From: Paragordius varius
Lineage: Eukaryota > Animalia > Nematomorpha
Length of the DNA stretch: 64,000 nucleotides
Assembly (NCBI GenBank): GCA_964247055.1
Contig: OZ176051.1
Span: 9,486,001-9,550,000, forward strand
Direction of reading: 5' to 3'
Shown here piece by piece: positions 1 through 12,200 of this stretch. The position numbers were made by a program, and so were the translations under genes. Numbering within the stretch: the stretch's first letter is position 1; every line of letters begins with the position of its first letter. The notes below the pieces were generated by a model. It saw nothing but the letters and a program-made list of their open reading frames with translations. It was not told where the DNA came from and ran no database searches.

Positions 1-106
1 AACGTTTTACTTATTCAAAGTTGTGGGCCCAAATAAGAATTAATTGCCTAAAATGTTTATTATTTATTTGTTAATTTTTGAAAATCATCACAAAACGAGA
101 TAAGGA

Positions 107-2638
107 TTAGATGTTTTCTCTTATCATTAGTTTCAATTGATTATTAACTAGAGCGATTTGATCACCGGCCGAAAGACGCAACTTACAAGAATTCGCTCTA
201 CATTCGATTGTATACGGAGACCGATTTTTAGCATACACAGTTATTCTTGTGGAATATTGGTTTGGTAAAAGGTGAGGCTTGATTTGGTCCCAGGTGCTTG
301 CTTTATTATTCCATCTGATATCTAATATATCGGTAAAGGGTAATATATTACACATTAGTAAAAAACGAATATCATTGACATAAGAGGTTTGTTTATAAAC
401 ATTTATTATGGGCAAAATTTTATGCGAATGGTTATAATACTCGTATTCATCAATGACTAAAAATCAAATAAAACTCATTTACGATTGTGTTGTATGCATG
501 GCGATATTTGCTTTCACTAATCAGTTAACATACTGTTGTTTGTTAAATTTTAATTTTACGCCAGTAAGTATTAACTAATGCCCAAACTACATTTTCCGAA
601 AATAAAATACATGCTGAGAATTATAAACTATCTATATAATTTTTAGGTAAATAATAAATAATTCACAATATAATAAAACTTTGTGTGACATATCGCGTAT
701 ATATTCCCTATAGTGAACAAGTAAAAATACATTTTCGTTTATTTTTATTTGTAAATTATTTTTTTAATATTAAAGGGTTGGTATCATGTTAAGTTGCATT
801 ATATCATTAATTTCTTTTAATTTTTTTAAAAAATAAGTACTTTTGGAGGCAGTTTGGCACTCCTTAGCTACCAATTTAATTTCATGTAGAGAATCCGATT
901 TTTTTAGATATATTTTGTCGTATTTGGATATTTCGTTTCTCGAACCACTTAGTATCAACTTATTATTGTCCATGTAGGTTTTAAATTTAGTCAGGTATTC
1001 ATAAGAAGGGCCAAGAATCTCAACATCTTTTATATTCCATCCAAGTGTTGAGAAACTAACTGTATTTTCACACTGATAGTATTTCCGAACACTTTTCGCT
1101 AATATATATTATATTAAATTAAGCCTAATTATTCTATAATAACGTGAGGTTTGTAGATTTTGAATTATTTTAGTAAAAAAATTTATATAACTCAGATTTT
1201 AATATACGTTAATAGAGTTTTCTGAGAGCACTAATACCCAATATGGAATTAACTTGACAAAAAGTTTGCAGCTCATGTTTTTTAATCTTTACGATTAATA
1301 GGTATGTACCGGAATATTTGTATTTATTTTGCATTGGAAAAGATTATAAATGATATATAATTGTAATAAAAAATTAATAATTAAACTTACTTAAACTTTT
1401 GGGCATATATTTAAAGTTTCCAGCTTTGTCCCACGTTCCTATAATACATAGTTTTAAGTTATTTTAGTTTATAACAAAAAGGAGAATTGCTTAAAGAATA
1501 TTGAGAGCATTAACACACTCGCCTTCGAGCATTCAGAGTGATGATGGAAAAATTATACATTTAATTATAAATATATATGAAATGTAAAAAAAATAAAGAA
1601 AACCATCAAATTTAATTATCCATCTTCTATATGCATATTGATTCACGAAAAGGACTAAAAATTCATTAGGAATCGCTGTTATATTAGCTTGAATAGAGCC
1701 GTTGGATTTTTGATATATTCTACAATGACTATAAAGGTTTAATTCACAAGTTTTGGCTAAATTAGGGTCATTGAACAAATCAGAACAATTTTCCTCAAAT
1801 ATAAATCGTCCATTGTAGCTCTTGTAATCCGTCAAAGGGTAGAAAATTTCAAAATAAAGGTTAAGTTCTTTACCATCTATGTTAATGGTCCAAAGTCCAG
1901 CATAATCACATTTACCAGGTATATTAAAGATTAATTTTGTTTTGTTTGACACTTGAAAAGGCATTTCTTTTCCATATTTGGTAGTTATTTGAATGGTAGG
2001 GGGTGTTTTTGAATTTTTAAGAGGTTGCCAAAACTCAGCTATATCGATTTCATACTTTTTGATCTTATTTGGTGATACTATGCCCCCTGTAATTACTAAC
2101 AATTGAAAAATTACTTTGCAAAATATATATGGAAAATATATATAAAATATCTATTGATATTTAAATTGGGCAAAAACCGTAACATAGTGTGTAAGGATAA
2201 CACATATATTGTTTGTTATTCCATGATATTTAGCGAAAGGCGGTTATTACAAAATATATGCATCTTTCACCTATGAATCATACGTAAAAAATTAACACTT
2301 GCACAATGTAAGAGTATTATAATATTAAATTTATTACCTTTAAGCGAAATATTTCCATGCCTTATTGTCACACCATTTTTCAAAACGGAATAAGGGCCAT
2401 CAACTAAATTCACTTTAGGCGCTATCTCTTGATCAAGAAATTGTGAATAATTAACATTAGGGTAGTAAAATGTTCCAAACGCAAAATTGACAGTTATGTT
2501 AGCTCGACCTTGATACTCATCAAGAAGTTGATAATAATATTCTTGACCAAATGAAACCAAGATGTCATCGGGATTTGGTTGCTCCTGAGCTAATATATTG
2601 TAGAACCCAAATAGGAATAAAATTGGTAGTATAATCAT
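107..2638 (-). CDS. Copy A1 of an uncharacterised secreted glycoprotein; 5 exons, predicted 479 aa, apparently intact
   Basis: Manual model: exons 2638-2338, 2086-1604, 1438-1391, 1098-841, 456-107 (301+483+48+258+350 = 1440 nt, open, ends TAA). All introns are GT-AG and phase 1, and the splice sites recur in the paralogous copies. N-terminus MIILPILFLFGFYNILA-QE is signal-peptide-like, with about nine N-x-S/T sequons and no TM segment in the spliced product. Joins track ORFs 2267-2638, 1533-2102, 770-973 and 107-415. The exon-2 donor (G|GTTTTC) is the weakest junction. Confidence 0.75.
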
Positions 2639-2680
2639 TTCAAAAAAATTATAGCTTTGATATTATAATTCTTGGAGGTC

Positions 2681-2687
2681 TTATATA
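2681..2687 (-). promoter_or_regulatory. Candidate TATA box (TATATAA) ~45 nt upstream of the A1 ATG
   Basis: TTCTATATAAGACC lies at the same position in all four copies (e.g. 25115-25121 for A3). The AT-rich background makes this weak evidence. Confidence 0.35.
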
Positions 2688-3861
2688 GAAATGCTTTAAA
2701 ATAAAAATGGGCCCTACATATTATAGGAGATAAAGCAAATATTATTGAAATTTGGTGTATAATGATATTGCAGGCTACTAAATAAATATTTTTTTATTTT
2801 CTTTGGACCAAAAGCCTAATTTTTATGTATATCGACAAAAACATTATGTAAAACTCGTGTCTAATACATTAGTTTTGTAAAATGTCAATATTTGCAATAA
2901 ACCAAAACAACTTTACCGACAGTTATTACGGTAAAAAAATAAATTAAAGTGTATTTGATCTGGCTAAGCTTACAATCTCAAATCTGGTTTAAACACGATC
3001 GCCAATTTTAAATTATATAACTCAAAATTTGTATTATAGTTAATTTATTATATATAAAAAAGGAAATAACTGTATAATTTTATGTGATTTGAAGAGCATG
3101 AAACGGAATCTTATAGAAGGTTCACGACAAAATAATTAATATTGCGAAAAGAAAATATAGAATTACACTGGTAGATTTTCATTAAATAATGCCAACAACT
3201 ATATCTTTATTTTTATTAAATACCAATAAAATGCCAAAAATTTACCTATATGTCGTATTAATTAATAGCTTTTAACAAATATTTTAAATAACCTACTTAA
3301 AAAAGTTTTTGAGCTAACCCACAATTTAGTTACAATTTGGAATGTTTTCAACTTTAAGCGATTATAATTTAAGAAATTAGGAACTTATATATATAATTCG
3401 GCATATTACCTGATGATCAACATGAGCATATATATATCAATAAAATCCCATTTTAAGTCTAAATAGAATTATACTATTTAGTCCAATTCAATACTTTTCT
3501 AACTAAAAGCATATTTTATCAAGTAAAGGCATCATCCTAACTTCCAAACGCAACATTATTTGTAGTTAAAAATTTTATTTTAGACCTGAAATTCAGCTAA
3601 CCATATTAAATCTAAAAGAATTCGTAATATAATTTGTTATAAAATAAAAAATTGTCTTTAAATGCAAAAATAATGTTGCGAAATGAAAAATTTGTCTTGC
3701 TTGAAAAATTTTATGGATAAAAATTGTGGCGGGAGCTATGTTGTGTTATGACATTGGTAATTTTTACCTAATAGTTAACCTGGTAATTATTTAATTTTGA
3801 TGATAATGATTACATATTCTTTTTTCTTAAATGTAAACTATAGAATGTGATTTTTTAAAAT

Positions 3862-4425
3862 ACTAGCGTAAATCTCGTGCTGCTACGCGGGCTATTTGAA
3901 AAAAGGGACAATATGATCCACATATGTGGATTATTTCGAAACATTATATAATAGCTATGATCTCATAGGAATTTTAAAACAGCATTCATACTAATATATT
4001 GTTTACTTGGGCGAAAAAAAAATGATTTTTGTGGACTTAATTTTAAAAAAAATGGCATTTTACGGGGGGAGCGGGTAAGAAGTTGGCCTAAATTAAAAAA
4101 GCGAGCCGACTATGTTCGGCGCAATCGAAAATAATTAAATAAAAATCATATTTGAAAGAGAATGATCCAACACGTTCTCCGGAAAATTGTCTCAAAGACA
4201 CAATTTTTGTGGACTTCTCTTTTCAAAAAAACCGTTTTTTAGACGGGGTGGGCCCGAACTGGGGGTCTAATTTAAAAAAAGGGCCAAGCTATTGTCGGTA
4301 TGATTATATTTTCGTCTGGAAAAAGATCACAAAGCCAGCATTTTCCATTTTTATAAATATATATAGATTTCGATATTGTGCCAAAAATAAACATATCTTT
4401 CTTTTATGGGATATTCATCAAAAAT
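3862..4425. repeat. Dispersed repeat upstream of each A copy (also ~22555-22860, ~41072-41640, and a diverged inverted copy ~45720-46030); left end resembles a Helentron/DINE-1-like terminus
   Basis: ACTAGCGTAAATCTCGTGCTGCTACGCGGG (short subterminal hairpin after ACTAG) followed by a GC-richer block. The family assignment rests on terminal resemblance only. Confidence 0.3.
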
Positions 4426-4569
4426 AAAATTGAATCGTCATTTTTAATGGCAAACGATATATTAATATCATCCTTTTATTTTCTCTAAAATGTTCTCTTA
4501 CGATATACCAAAATTGAGGGCCAAATAACTTAATGACAATAAAAACATTAACACATTTTTCATTCTATA

Positions 4570-6072
4570 ATATTGATGATATTGGATATCTCTTAGTTTA
4601 TGTACAAACTCTGGGGCAGTTGAGACGATTCGACCATATTGTAAGATATCTGCGCAAGTTCTTGGATTAAATGTGGTGTTATATTTTTAATCTAATCTAA
4701 ATATCGTAGCTTAAGCCTTCCAAGTTTCCTAGCCCCTTCAACTGGGCCTAAGATGGTCGCTTTTTCTAAGTTATCGGTTCTCATCACATGTCCGTAAACT
4801 CTGTGCTGAAAGGCATGAATTTTTTGATGAAGGTTAGTTTGGGTTTAATATGTACTAATATTTTGTATTGTATCTTTTGCTCCCATTCTATACCAATATA
4901 TCTATAGGTCCATAACTCAAACGCTTTTATTTTCTTGCAAATGACTTACAGCTTTAATGCATTATTGGAAAACTTATTGATCTATTACACGCTTTTTGAT
5001 GGAATTGGGAATTTTTTTGGAGAATGGATTAAAGTATGATTATTGCATTTTCTGCCATTGCAGCTCTCCTGGTACTGCTGGTTGTAGAGGTTCCATTTAT
5101 TAAATAGTAGATCTGAGGTAAATTAAGTAGTTCTGAATGTTTTGTTCTTAAAATTCACAGTAAGTCCTCTTTTGTTGGGATAAGAATTGTTGCGTCATCT
5201 GCGAAACGCAGGTTATTGATTGTCTCGCCTTCTATTATGATGCCTGCTGAGTCATTTCTATTATTTTTGTGATGTCAGTAAGTTAAATAGCGAAGGTGAT
5301 AGTGTACATCCTTGTCTGACCCTTATTTGTCTATTTATTGTTTGGTTGGGGCTTGCTGAAACTCGTATAAATGCTTTTTCATTTGAAGATTGTTGAGATT
5401 TAATAATGTGCAGGGAAAATCCGCTTCACCCATAGTTTTTAATAGACCACCCTATCAAAGCCTCGGAGTAGTTCAGGAAGGAAAATATTTTTGTTGTATA
5501 CATTTGCTTGTTCTATTATGCGTTTTATATTAGAGATGTGGTCTCGACAACTTTGAGTCGGAAACCAGCCTGTTTATTAGATATGGAGTTTCTGTACCAA
5601 TTCTCTATGCTCATTTGGATTATTTGAAAAGTATTATGTGTTTGTGAGGTATGATAATTCTGCAATAATCGCAATCTTTTCCTTGACATTTTCATGTATA
5701 TTGGTATGAAGATTGATTTAGTCCAGTCTTTTAGCCATCCACAATTTCTTTTGGCCTAACTTGGTTATTATGTCAGTTTGTTTTAGGACTTCTTTCGAAA
5801 TGCGTCCATCCTGGGGTTATGTTCTTAACGATTAGCAATCCTGTATTCAATTCTTGTTTGAGTTATGCTGGGTTCTGTTAAATGTGGAATAATTTGTGCG
5901 GTATTTGTTTTAAAAATTTGCAATGTATTCCTTGTTACATCTTGTTGTTGGTTAGGTGATTCCTTCAATGTGATTTATTTGTGAATTCTATGGGTTTATA
6001 AGGTATTCATATAGGGAGATGCTTCTTTAGACAATTCGTTTCAAATTTGTGGCAAGTATTTAATGCCTGTAT
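4570..6072 (-). mobile_element. Decayed RTE-clade non-LTR retrotransposon, RT region
   Basis: Minus strand gives VRQGCTLSPSLFN (~5320-5283), INNLRFADDATIL (~5220-5180), FLNYSEAL (equivalent to FxDYxKAFD) and YRYIG; many stops and frameshifts. Confidence 0.8.
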
Positions 6073-6521
6073 TTTTGATGTCACATAGCATATATTATTG
6101 GTACCATGCAATCTCGCCATTTTTGCGTTTATTCAAAAAGACAGCCTATTTTAAAGGGGTTAAAATTTTATATAAATAATAATATTTCATATTTAAAAAT
6201 TTATATAAGATTTTTTTGTAATGAACATCTAGTTTTTAACCAAAAAATATATTTAGCATAAAGTGGGCCTATTTTGCCATTTTTCGATCAAAAGTATAAT
6301 TATTTAAAAAGATGTGCCCAAAACCTAAAGGATTATTAAAGTCCTGATTATATCAGATTATATATTTCATCAGGATGTTTTTAGACCGCCCGATTCACTC
6401 TGTGCATATAAAATAAATATACTGTAAGCATGGAATAATTAATATAAAATATAATGTCTTTCAATATTTATTTATTTTAAAGAACCATTTATATCAACTT
6501 AAAGTATTTTTAGAGATCTGA

Positions 6522-8310
6522 TTATCTGAAAAGTAGTATCGTTTTCTTCAGGTTCTGTTTCATAATTGTTGTTATTGTTTTTGAATCAAGAATAGTTGAT
6601 CCCATAACCATTTTGGTATAGCGACCGGTTGACATAGCTAATATGTATATTGAGCACATTTCAAGTGTCTGCGTATCCAAAAAGTTCATCGGGATAGTCA
6701 GGTTTTCATTGTAATTTGAGTATAGGTAACATTTTCGTTTTGACTTTAACAATCTTTCGATGATCTTGAAGAGATATAAGCCAAAATTTAATGTACATTT
6801 GTTTACCCGACCATTCGTCGTTAAAATCAAATTATAATCATGCACTTTCAACATCGAAGAACCTTCGGGCGTTGCGTTAGAGCTCATGCCTTAAAAAATG
6901 TAATTAAATTAATATTTTTGACATAAAATGATAAAATAGATCGTTAACATTATACTTATTGTCAATTCTCCTGCAACAGTGCTTTTGGTTTCGTCTAACA
7001 GGGATTCTAATTTCAGTAAATAGTCACAATATCCGACATTTGATAGTTCTTTTTCTACCGATCTCAAATATAGCATACCTTGACCAACACACCGTATTTT
7101 TTCAAGATGGGGCATACTTATATCTATTGGCGAGTCGTTTAATTGTTGGATAAATAATTGAAAAATCAAAACATCTGCAGTCAATGATATTGAACTTATA
7201 TCTATGTATATCAATAGCACATATATATATATATATATAGATATGTTAAGAAATTACATCGAAAACTTTAAGAACCCAAGTGGTGTCTGATTAATATAGT
7301 GAAATAATCAAAAGAAATAATTATCGGTCTCAATTTTATAATTAATCTCGCAGGTTCTTTGAAATGAAGGACAGGAGCTTTGGATCAAAATATTTGCACA
7401 GACCAAAATTATCAGTTATGTTTATATACTACAAAATTTTTGGCACAAAAAAAATTTTAAACATAATGTAACACATAAACACTATATTACCTTTTCATAT
7501 TTTGTATGATGAGTACCTATATGGATTCTTTGTCCCTGCGCTTTAAACTTATATAGTACAATTATTATTAGGGAAATTATTTTCGCTAAATTAGACCAAA
7601 ATGTTTTTCTAAATTTATATATGTTTAGAATATAGAACCAACACTCGTGACAAACAGCTGATATTAATTTAATAAATTTCTTAACCTGGAATTTTTATCG
7701 AATAATTCCATGTCGGATGATATGACAAAATCAGTAAGGGCAATGTTCCATATTTTTTTAATGGATCCAAGCATTTATATACGATTATTAAAGCTTCAAA
7801 TGACGGTTTTTTCATATCATTTGTGTCTGGATCAAAATATAAAACAAGTTCTGGATATAGGATATGGACATTGATACATTCAACAATGTGAACATTCAAA
7901 CTACATTCCTGTCCATCATATCCCAGATATAATTTTAATTGTGTAAATAATTTTGATTTTGCCAAAACTTGTTTAATAAGAGGGAGCTTTTCCGCAAGTA
8001 AAGCAGAATCCATGATATTTTGATCTTCGTGTAAGCTAAGTTGATTTTCGGAACATGATTGTAAATCCAAATTTTGTATTGGTCTAGTTTCTATCAAATC
8101 GCATAAATTCTAAAATACCTGGAGTAGTGAATTTTGTAAATTTTTCTTCCAATGTCTCTTTAGATTTGATTTCATTTTGAATAAGAGGGGTGATTTTTTC
8201 GTTAACCCTTGTTACAGTCCATTTACTCAATAAAATAAAGGCTAACCATGCCACAATGACTAAAATAAAAGAAATTATAAAAATGAGAAGTATAAAAGTA
8301 GTATCTATAT
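6522..8310 (-). CDS. Synaptotagmin-like gene (N-terminal TM plus two divergent C2-like domains), copy B1; possibly impaired
   Basis: TM FILLIFIISFILVIVAWLAFILL (~8300-8230); C2A-like QLKLYLGYDGQECSLNVHIVEC (ORF 7681-8097); C2B-like start GELTIS and end YNENLTIPMN..IYILAMSTG..MGSTIL. Putative introns 8118-8091 and 6955-6890. The start codon and middle exons are unresolved; canonical Ca-binding Asp residues are not evident. Confidence 0.5.
7221..7239. repeat. (AT)n microsatellite; paralog is longer (50211-50239); another at 48529-48549
   Basis: Seen directly. Confidence 0.9.
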
Positions 8311-8902
8311 TAAATAAATAAGTTGAAACATGTTTAGAACGTAAACGTTTATTTTAAATTTTTTAAATATTTCAACCTATTATTGTTAAAATTATCACAA
8401 AAACTATTACTTCTTTTAAAATTTTCCCATTAATGCTTTTTAGAGTTAAGTAATGCCAAAAATATATTTTGCACGATAAAAATTCCTTTGCGCTTAATCT
8501 AAGTTGAGAAACTCTTCTTTTACCAAGCCATTCTAATATTCTTTAAAATTGGAGGTTTTAAAAAATTTTATAAATATTTTTTTGTAAAGTTTTGAACCGA
8601 ATAAGTGTATAAAACGCAATAGTAATTTATGGATTATTTTGATATTGAGGTCGTGTAATCAGTCCTATCAAACTTTGAATAAAGATCTAAAATCTATTCC
8701 ACATTGATTTATATAAATTTATATTTAATAAGAATACCACACCTTCAGGATTAAAACACCACAAGGTTCAGAGCCCTTTTCAATAAAGCATGTCTACCAA
8801 GGCTCATCACTCAGCCCTTTATTGTTTTAATAATTTGTATAAACGAGGTAGCCAAGGTCGTTAATGTAAGGTCAGGTTGGCACTTAATGTTATGCACATG
8901 AC

Positions 8903-9195
8903 TGTTATGCAAATCTGAAAGTTATACTTTATTTTTATAATATTTTTCTGTGTTATATGCAAATGTGAAATACATACTTTGGTTATATATCATAACTTTC
9001 ACCGTTATTTGAATTGTATTATTTTTTATATTTTTTGTGTTATATGTAAATATAGAACCTTTGTTACTTGAAATTTTATTGATATAATGCAAATCATGGA
9101 CAGTTAAAATTGCTATATATACACCTTAAAAAACCAAATAAATAGTTCAGTTCATTTCACATTTCTTTTATTATCTCTTATCTTAAAAGATAAAA
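8903..9195 (+). repeat. 5' LTR (293 bp)
   Basis: No difference from 13203-13495 on base-by-base reading; begins TGTTAT and ends ATAAAA. Confidence 0.95.
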
Positions 9196-9196
9196 T

Positions 9197-9204
9197 TGGT
9201 GGCA
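9197..9204 (+). promoter_or_regulatory. Primer-binding site TGGTGGCA
   Basis: One nt after the 5' LTR; complementary to a tRNA 3' end UGCCACCA. This is the end of metazoan tRNA-Leu(AAG/UAG), but only 8 nt match. Confidence 0.7.
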
Positions 9205-9261
9205 ATTCGAGTACCGAACTAAGCTAGTGCTAGTGGAGGTCTTACTGATACCCAATCGAAC

Positions 9262-12200
9262 ATGACAACGCCAATCAATCTCGCTAACCTATGCATCGAA
9301 AAATATAATGATAATATTAAGTTTGAGGAATACGTTGAGTATATGACAAATGTTATGGAGGCAAAAGATATCCCTGTAACAGAACAAGCCCTCAAAACAA
9401 CCTTGCTTGCGTATGGAGGTCTAATGGTGGTACGCAAAATCAACCAACGACTCTATCCGAAAAAGATAAAAGATGCAGAATGGACCGAGATAATGGCAAC
9501 GGGTTTAAAGGTATTCAATCCCACAAAGTCGAAATTCCAAAGCAGATTTGAGTTTTTTCGACTTGTGCGGAACAACACCGAATCGTTTACCCAATTTCTA
9601 GAACGGGTAAAAATCGCAGCCGAAGAGGCAAAATTTAAGGATTCAATAGAGGAACGGATTCGGGATGCCTTCGTCATTGGGTTACGGCAACCACAATTGG
9701 AAATTGACATACATTCAAGGTATCCCGATGCCGAGATCAACGGACAACCCGTGCCTCTAGAAACGATAGTGGATCTCGCACTAGCACACGAGGCTGCCAG
9801 GGCTGGCCTTCATAACAATAATGATAATACCAATTATAATAATGGTAATAATTTAAATCGATTACAACACACCAATAATAATAACAAGGCCATGCGTTCA
9901 CGACAGCCAACAGCAAAACCCCTAACACATTCGTGCAATCGTTGTGGTAATAGCCATGGACCAAACAAATGTCCTGCCTGGAACCGCAATTGCAATAAAT
10001 GCGGAAAACCTCATCACTTCGCAAAAATGTGTAGATCAAAAAACACTGCCAAAAATTTGTTCAACCGCCAGATCCATAGAAAAGCAATGCCAACCTCACC
10101 ATGGACCGTAAAAATAATGATAAACAACACAGAACAAACGTTTATCTATGATACTGGAGCTGACATCAGTGTTATCAGCTTTGACACCTGGAAACAAGTT
10201 GGCAAGCCAAATATTAGACCCATACCGCCAGTAAAAGCCTACAATAATAGCATAGTACCTCTACTGGGCGTAACAACAGTCACAGTGCAAATCAATGGGC
10301 AAAACTTGGGGAACGCAGAATGTTGTGTATTGAAAGAAAAAATGTCAAAGGCACCGCTCATTTGTGGCTTGGATTGGATCACGAGATTTAACATCGACAT
10401 TCCTAAAGTACGAATTAACTTTCTTAAACTTGATAAAATTATTGAAAATTTCCCTAATCTATTTAAAGAGGAATTAGGTTGTTACATTGAGCCAGTTACA
10501 ATTCATATAGCACCCAATGCCTCCCCAAAAGTTTGGCCTTGCCGCCGAGTACCGTTTCCCCTAAGAGCAAAAGTTGAAAATGAATTACTAAGATTACAAA
10601 AGTTAGACATTCTGGAGCCGATAGATCCCAACCTTACACCTCTGACATGGGCCACGCCCACCGTTAATGTGCTCAAAGCGAATGGAGAGGTAAGAATTTG
10701 CAGCGATTTTAGAGTTACCATCAACAAGTGGCTCACTGAGGACTCTCATATCATTCCAACGTTTGATGATTTAGTGAGTAAGATTGGCGAAGGCCAAGTT
10801 TTCACTAAGATTGACTTGAAAGATGCCTATCTACAAATGCCCATAACCAAAGAATCACAAGATCTCTTGACAATTGCGACTCACAAAGGATTTTTTCGCT
10901 ACAAAAGGATGCCTTTCGGACTGTCAACAGCACCAATAATTTTCCAACGAGTCATGGACCAGGTTATAAAAGATTGTCCCGGCACTTGTGCATATTTAGA
11001 TGATGTTTTAGTAACTGGCAAATCAGAACAGGAACATTTAATAAATCTTAATAATGTTTTAAATCGGTTAGAATTAGCAGGTTTTAGATTAAGAAAAGAT
11101 AAAATAAAAATTGGTGAACCTTCAGTAAGTTATCTGGGATTTGAAATAAGTAATAAAGGTATAAGTCCTTGCAAGAATAAAGTAAAAGCAATCAATGATT
11201 TTAAAAAACCTGTGGATAAAAAATCTTTAAGAAGTTTTCTAGGATTTTTGACGTTTCATGAAAGATTTATACCCAAGCTTCAATTGATTGTAAGTGACTT
11301 ACATAGTTTAACAAGTAAGAACGTTAGATGGAACTGGTCGGAAAAACATGAGAATTGTTGGAAAGCCGCTAAGGAATTATTAAGTGAACAAGTATTTTTA
11401 ACACCATACAATCCGGATAGAAAGTTAGTAATTGAAACCGATGCCTCAGATATAGGGTTTGGATGTATTCTAAGTCATGTTGTAAATGGTGAAAGGAAAC
11501 CCATTGCCTATGGTTCAAGAAAATGTAGTACCGCAGAATCGAACTACTCCACGATAGAAAAGGAATTAAAGGCTATTGTTTTTGCATTAGAAAAGTTCCA
11601 CAACTTCATTTATGGTAGAAAGTTTGAAATTTTGACAGACCACTTACCACTTGTTAGGTTAATAAATAGGGATAGAAATTTGAAAGAAATACAAAATGCG
11701 AAAGTTTTAAGATGGGTGAACCGTTTGAATGATTATGACTTTGAACTTAGTTATCAGGCGGGTCCCAAAAATAGAGCTGATTACTTATCAAGATGTCCCA
11801 GTGATGATAATGTCGACACAATCGATAGAGATTACATGGTAACTAGATATCTTAGGTTTCTTAATTGTCATAACGTTCAGTTAAGTCGCGATGAAATTCG
11901 GAGAGAAACGGTTAAAGATAAAATTTTGCAGAAAGTAATTAAGGCGATTCATAACCAAGATTGGAGTGATGTTGAGTTGGCTGGGTTTACGAATCGGAAG
12001 GGAGAGATTTCGTACCAATACGGATTGGTCAGTTTAAACGATCGAATTATCATTCCAGAAAGCTTACAGTCAAACGTGGTCAACTACTTACACAGCGGGC
12101 ACAATAACGTAGAAACAATGAAAGCAATGGCAAGGTTTACTTGTTTTTGGCCGAAATTAGAGAACGATTTGGTAAGAAGATACAGTGAGTGTAGTGCATG

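Noticed and set aside
1517-1524. Conserved AG|GCGAGT resembling a GC-AG donor in intron 2 of all A copies
   Set aside because: No stop-free phase-1 path reaches it in any copy, so it is not used in the model; RNA-seq could revive it.
2267-2337. C-terminal NKFNIIILLHCASVNFLRMIHR extension of the exon-1 ORFs (also in A2-A4)
   Set aside because: It starts at a conserved G|GTAATA donor and differs in frame and length between copies; it is intron 1.
3410-3420. CTGATGA as a hammerhead ribozyme core (also ~22075, ~40632)
   Set aside because: No matching GAAA strand or flanking stems are visible.
4152-4427. Repeated short ORFs (4152-4427, 41361-41639, 22853-23131, 18551-18772, 37100-37312, 15646-15831, 54061-54246)
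   Set aside because: They recur only because the DNA is duplicated; they lie in repeats or flanks, use non-ATG starts or shift frame between copies, and show no motif.
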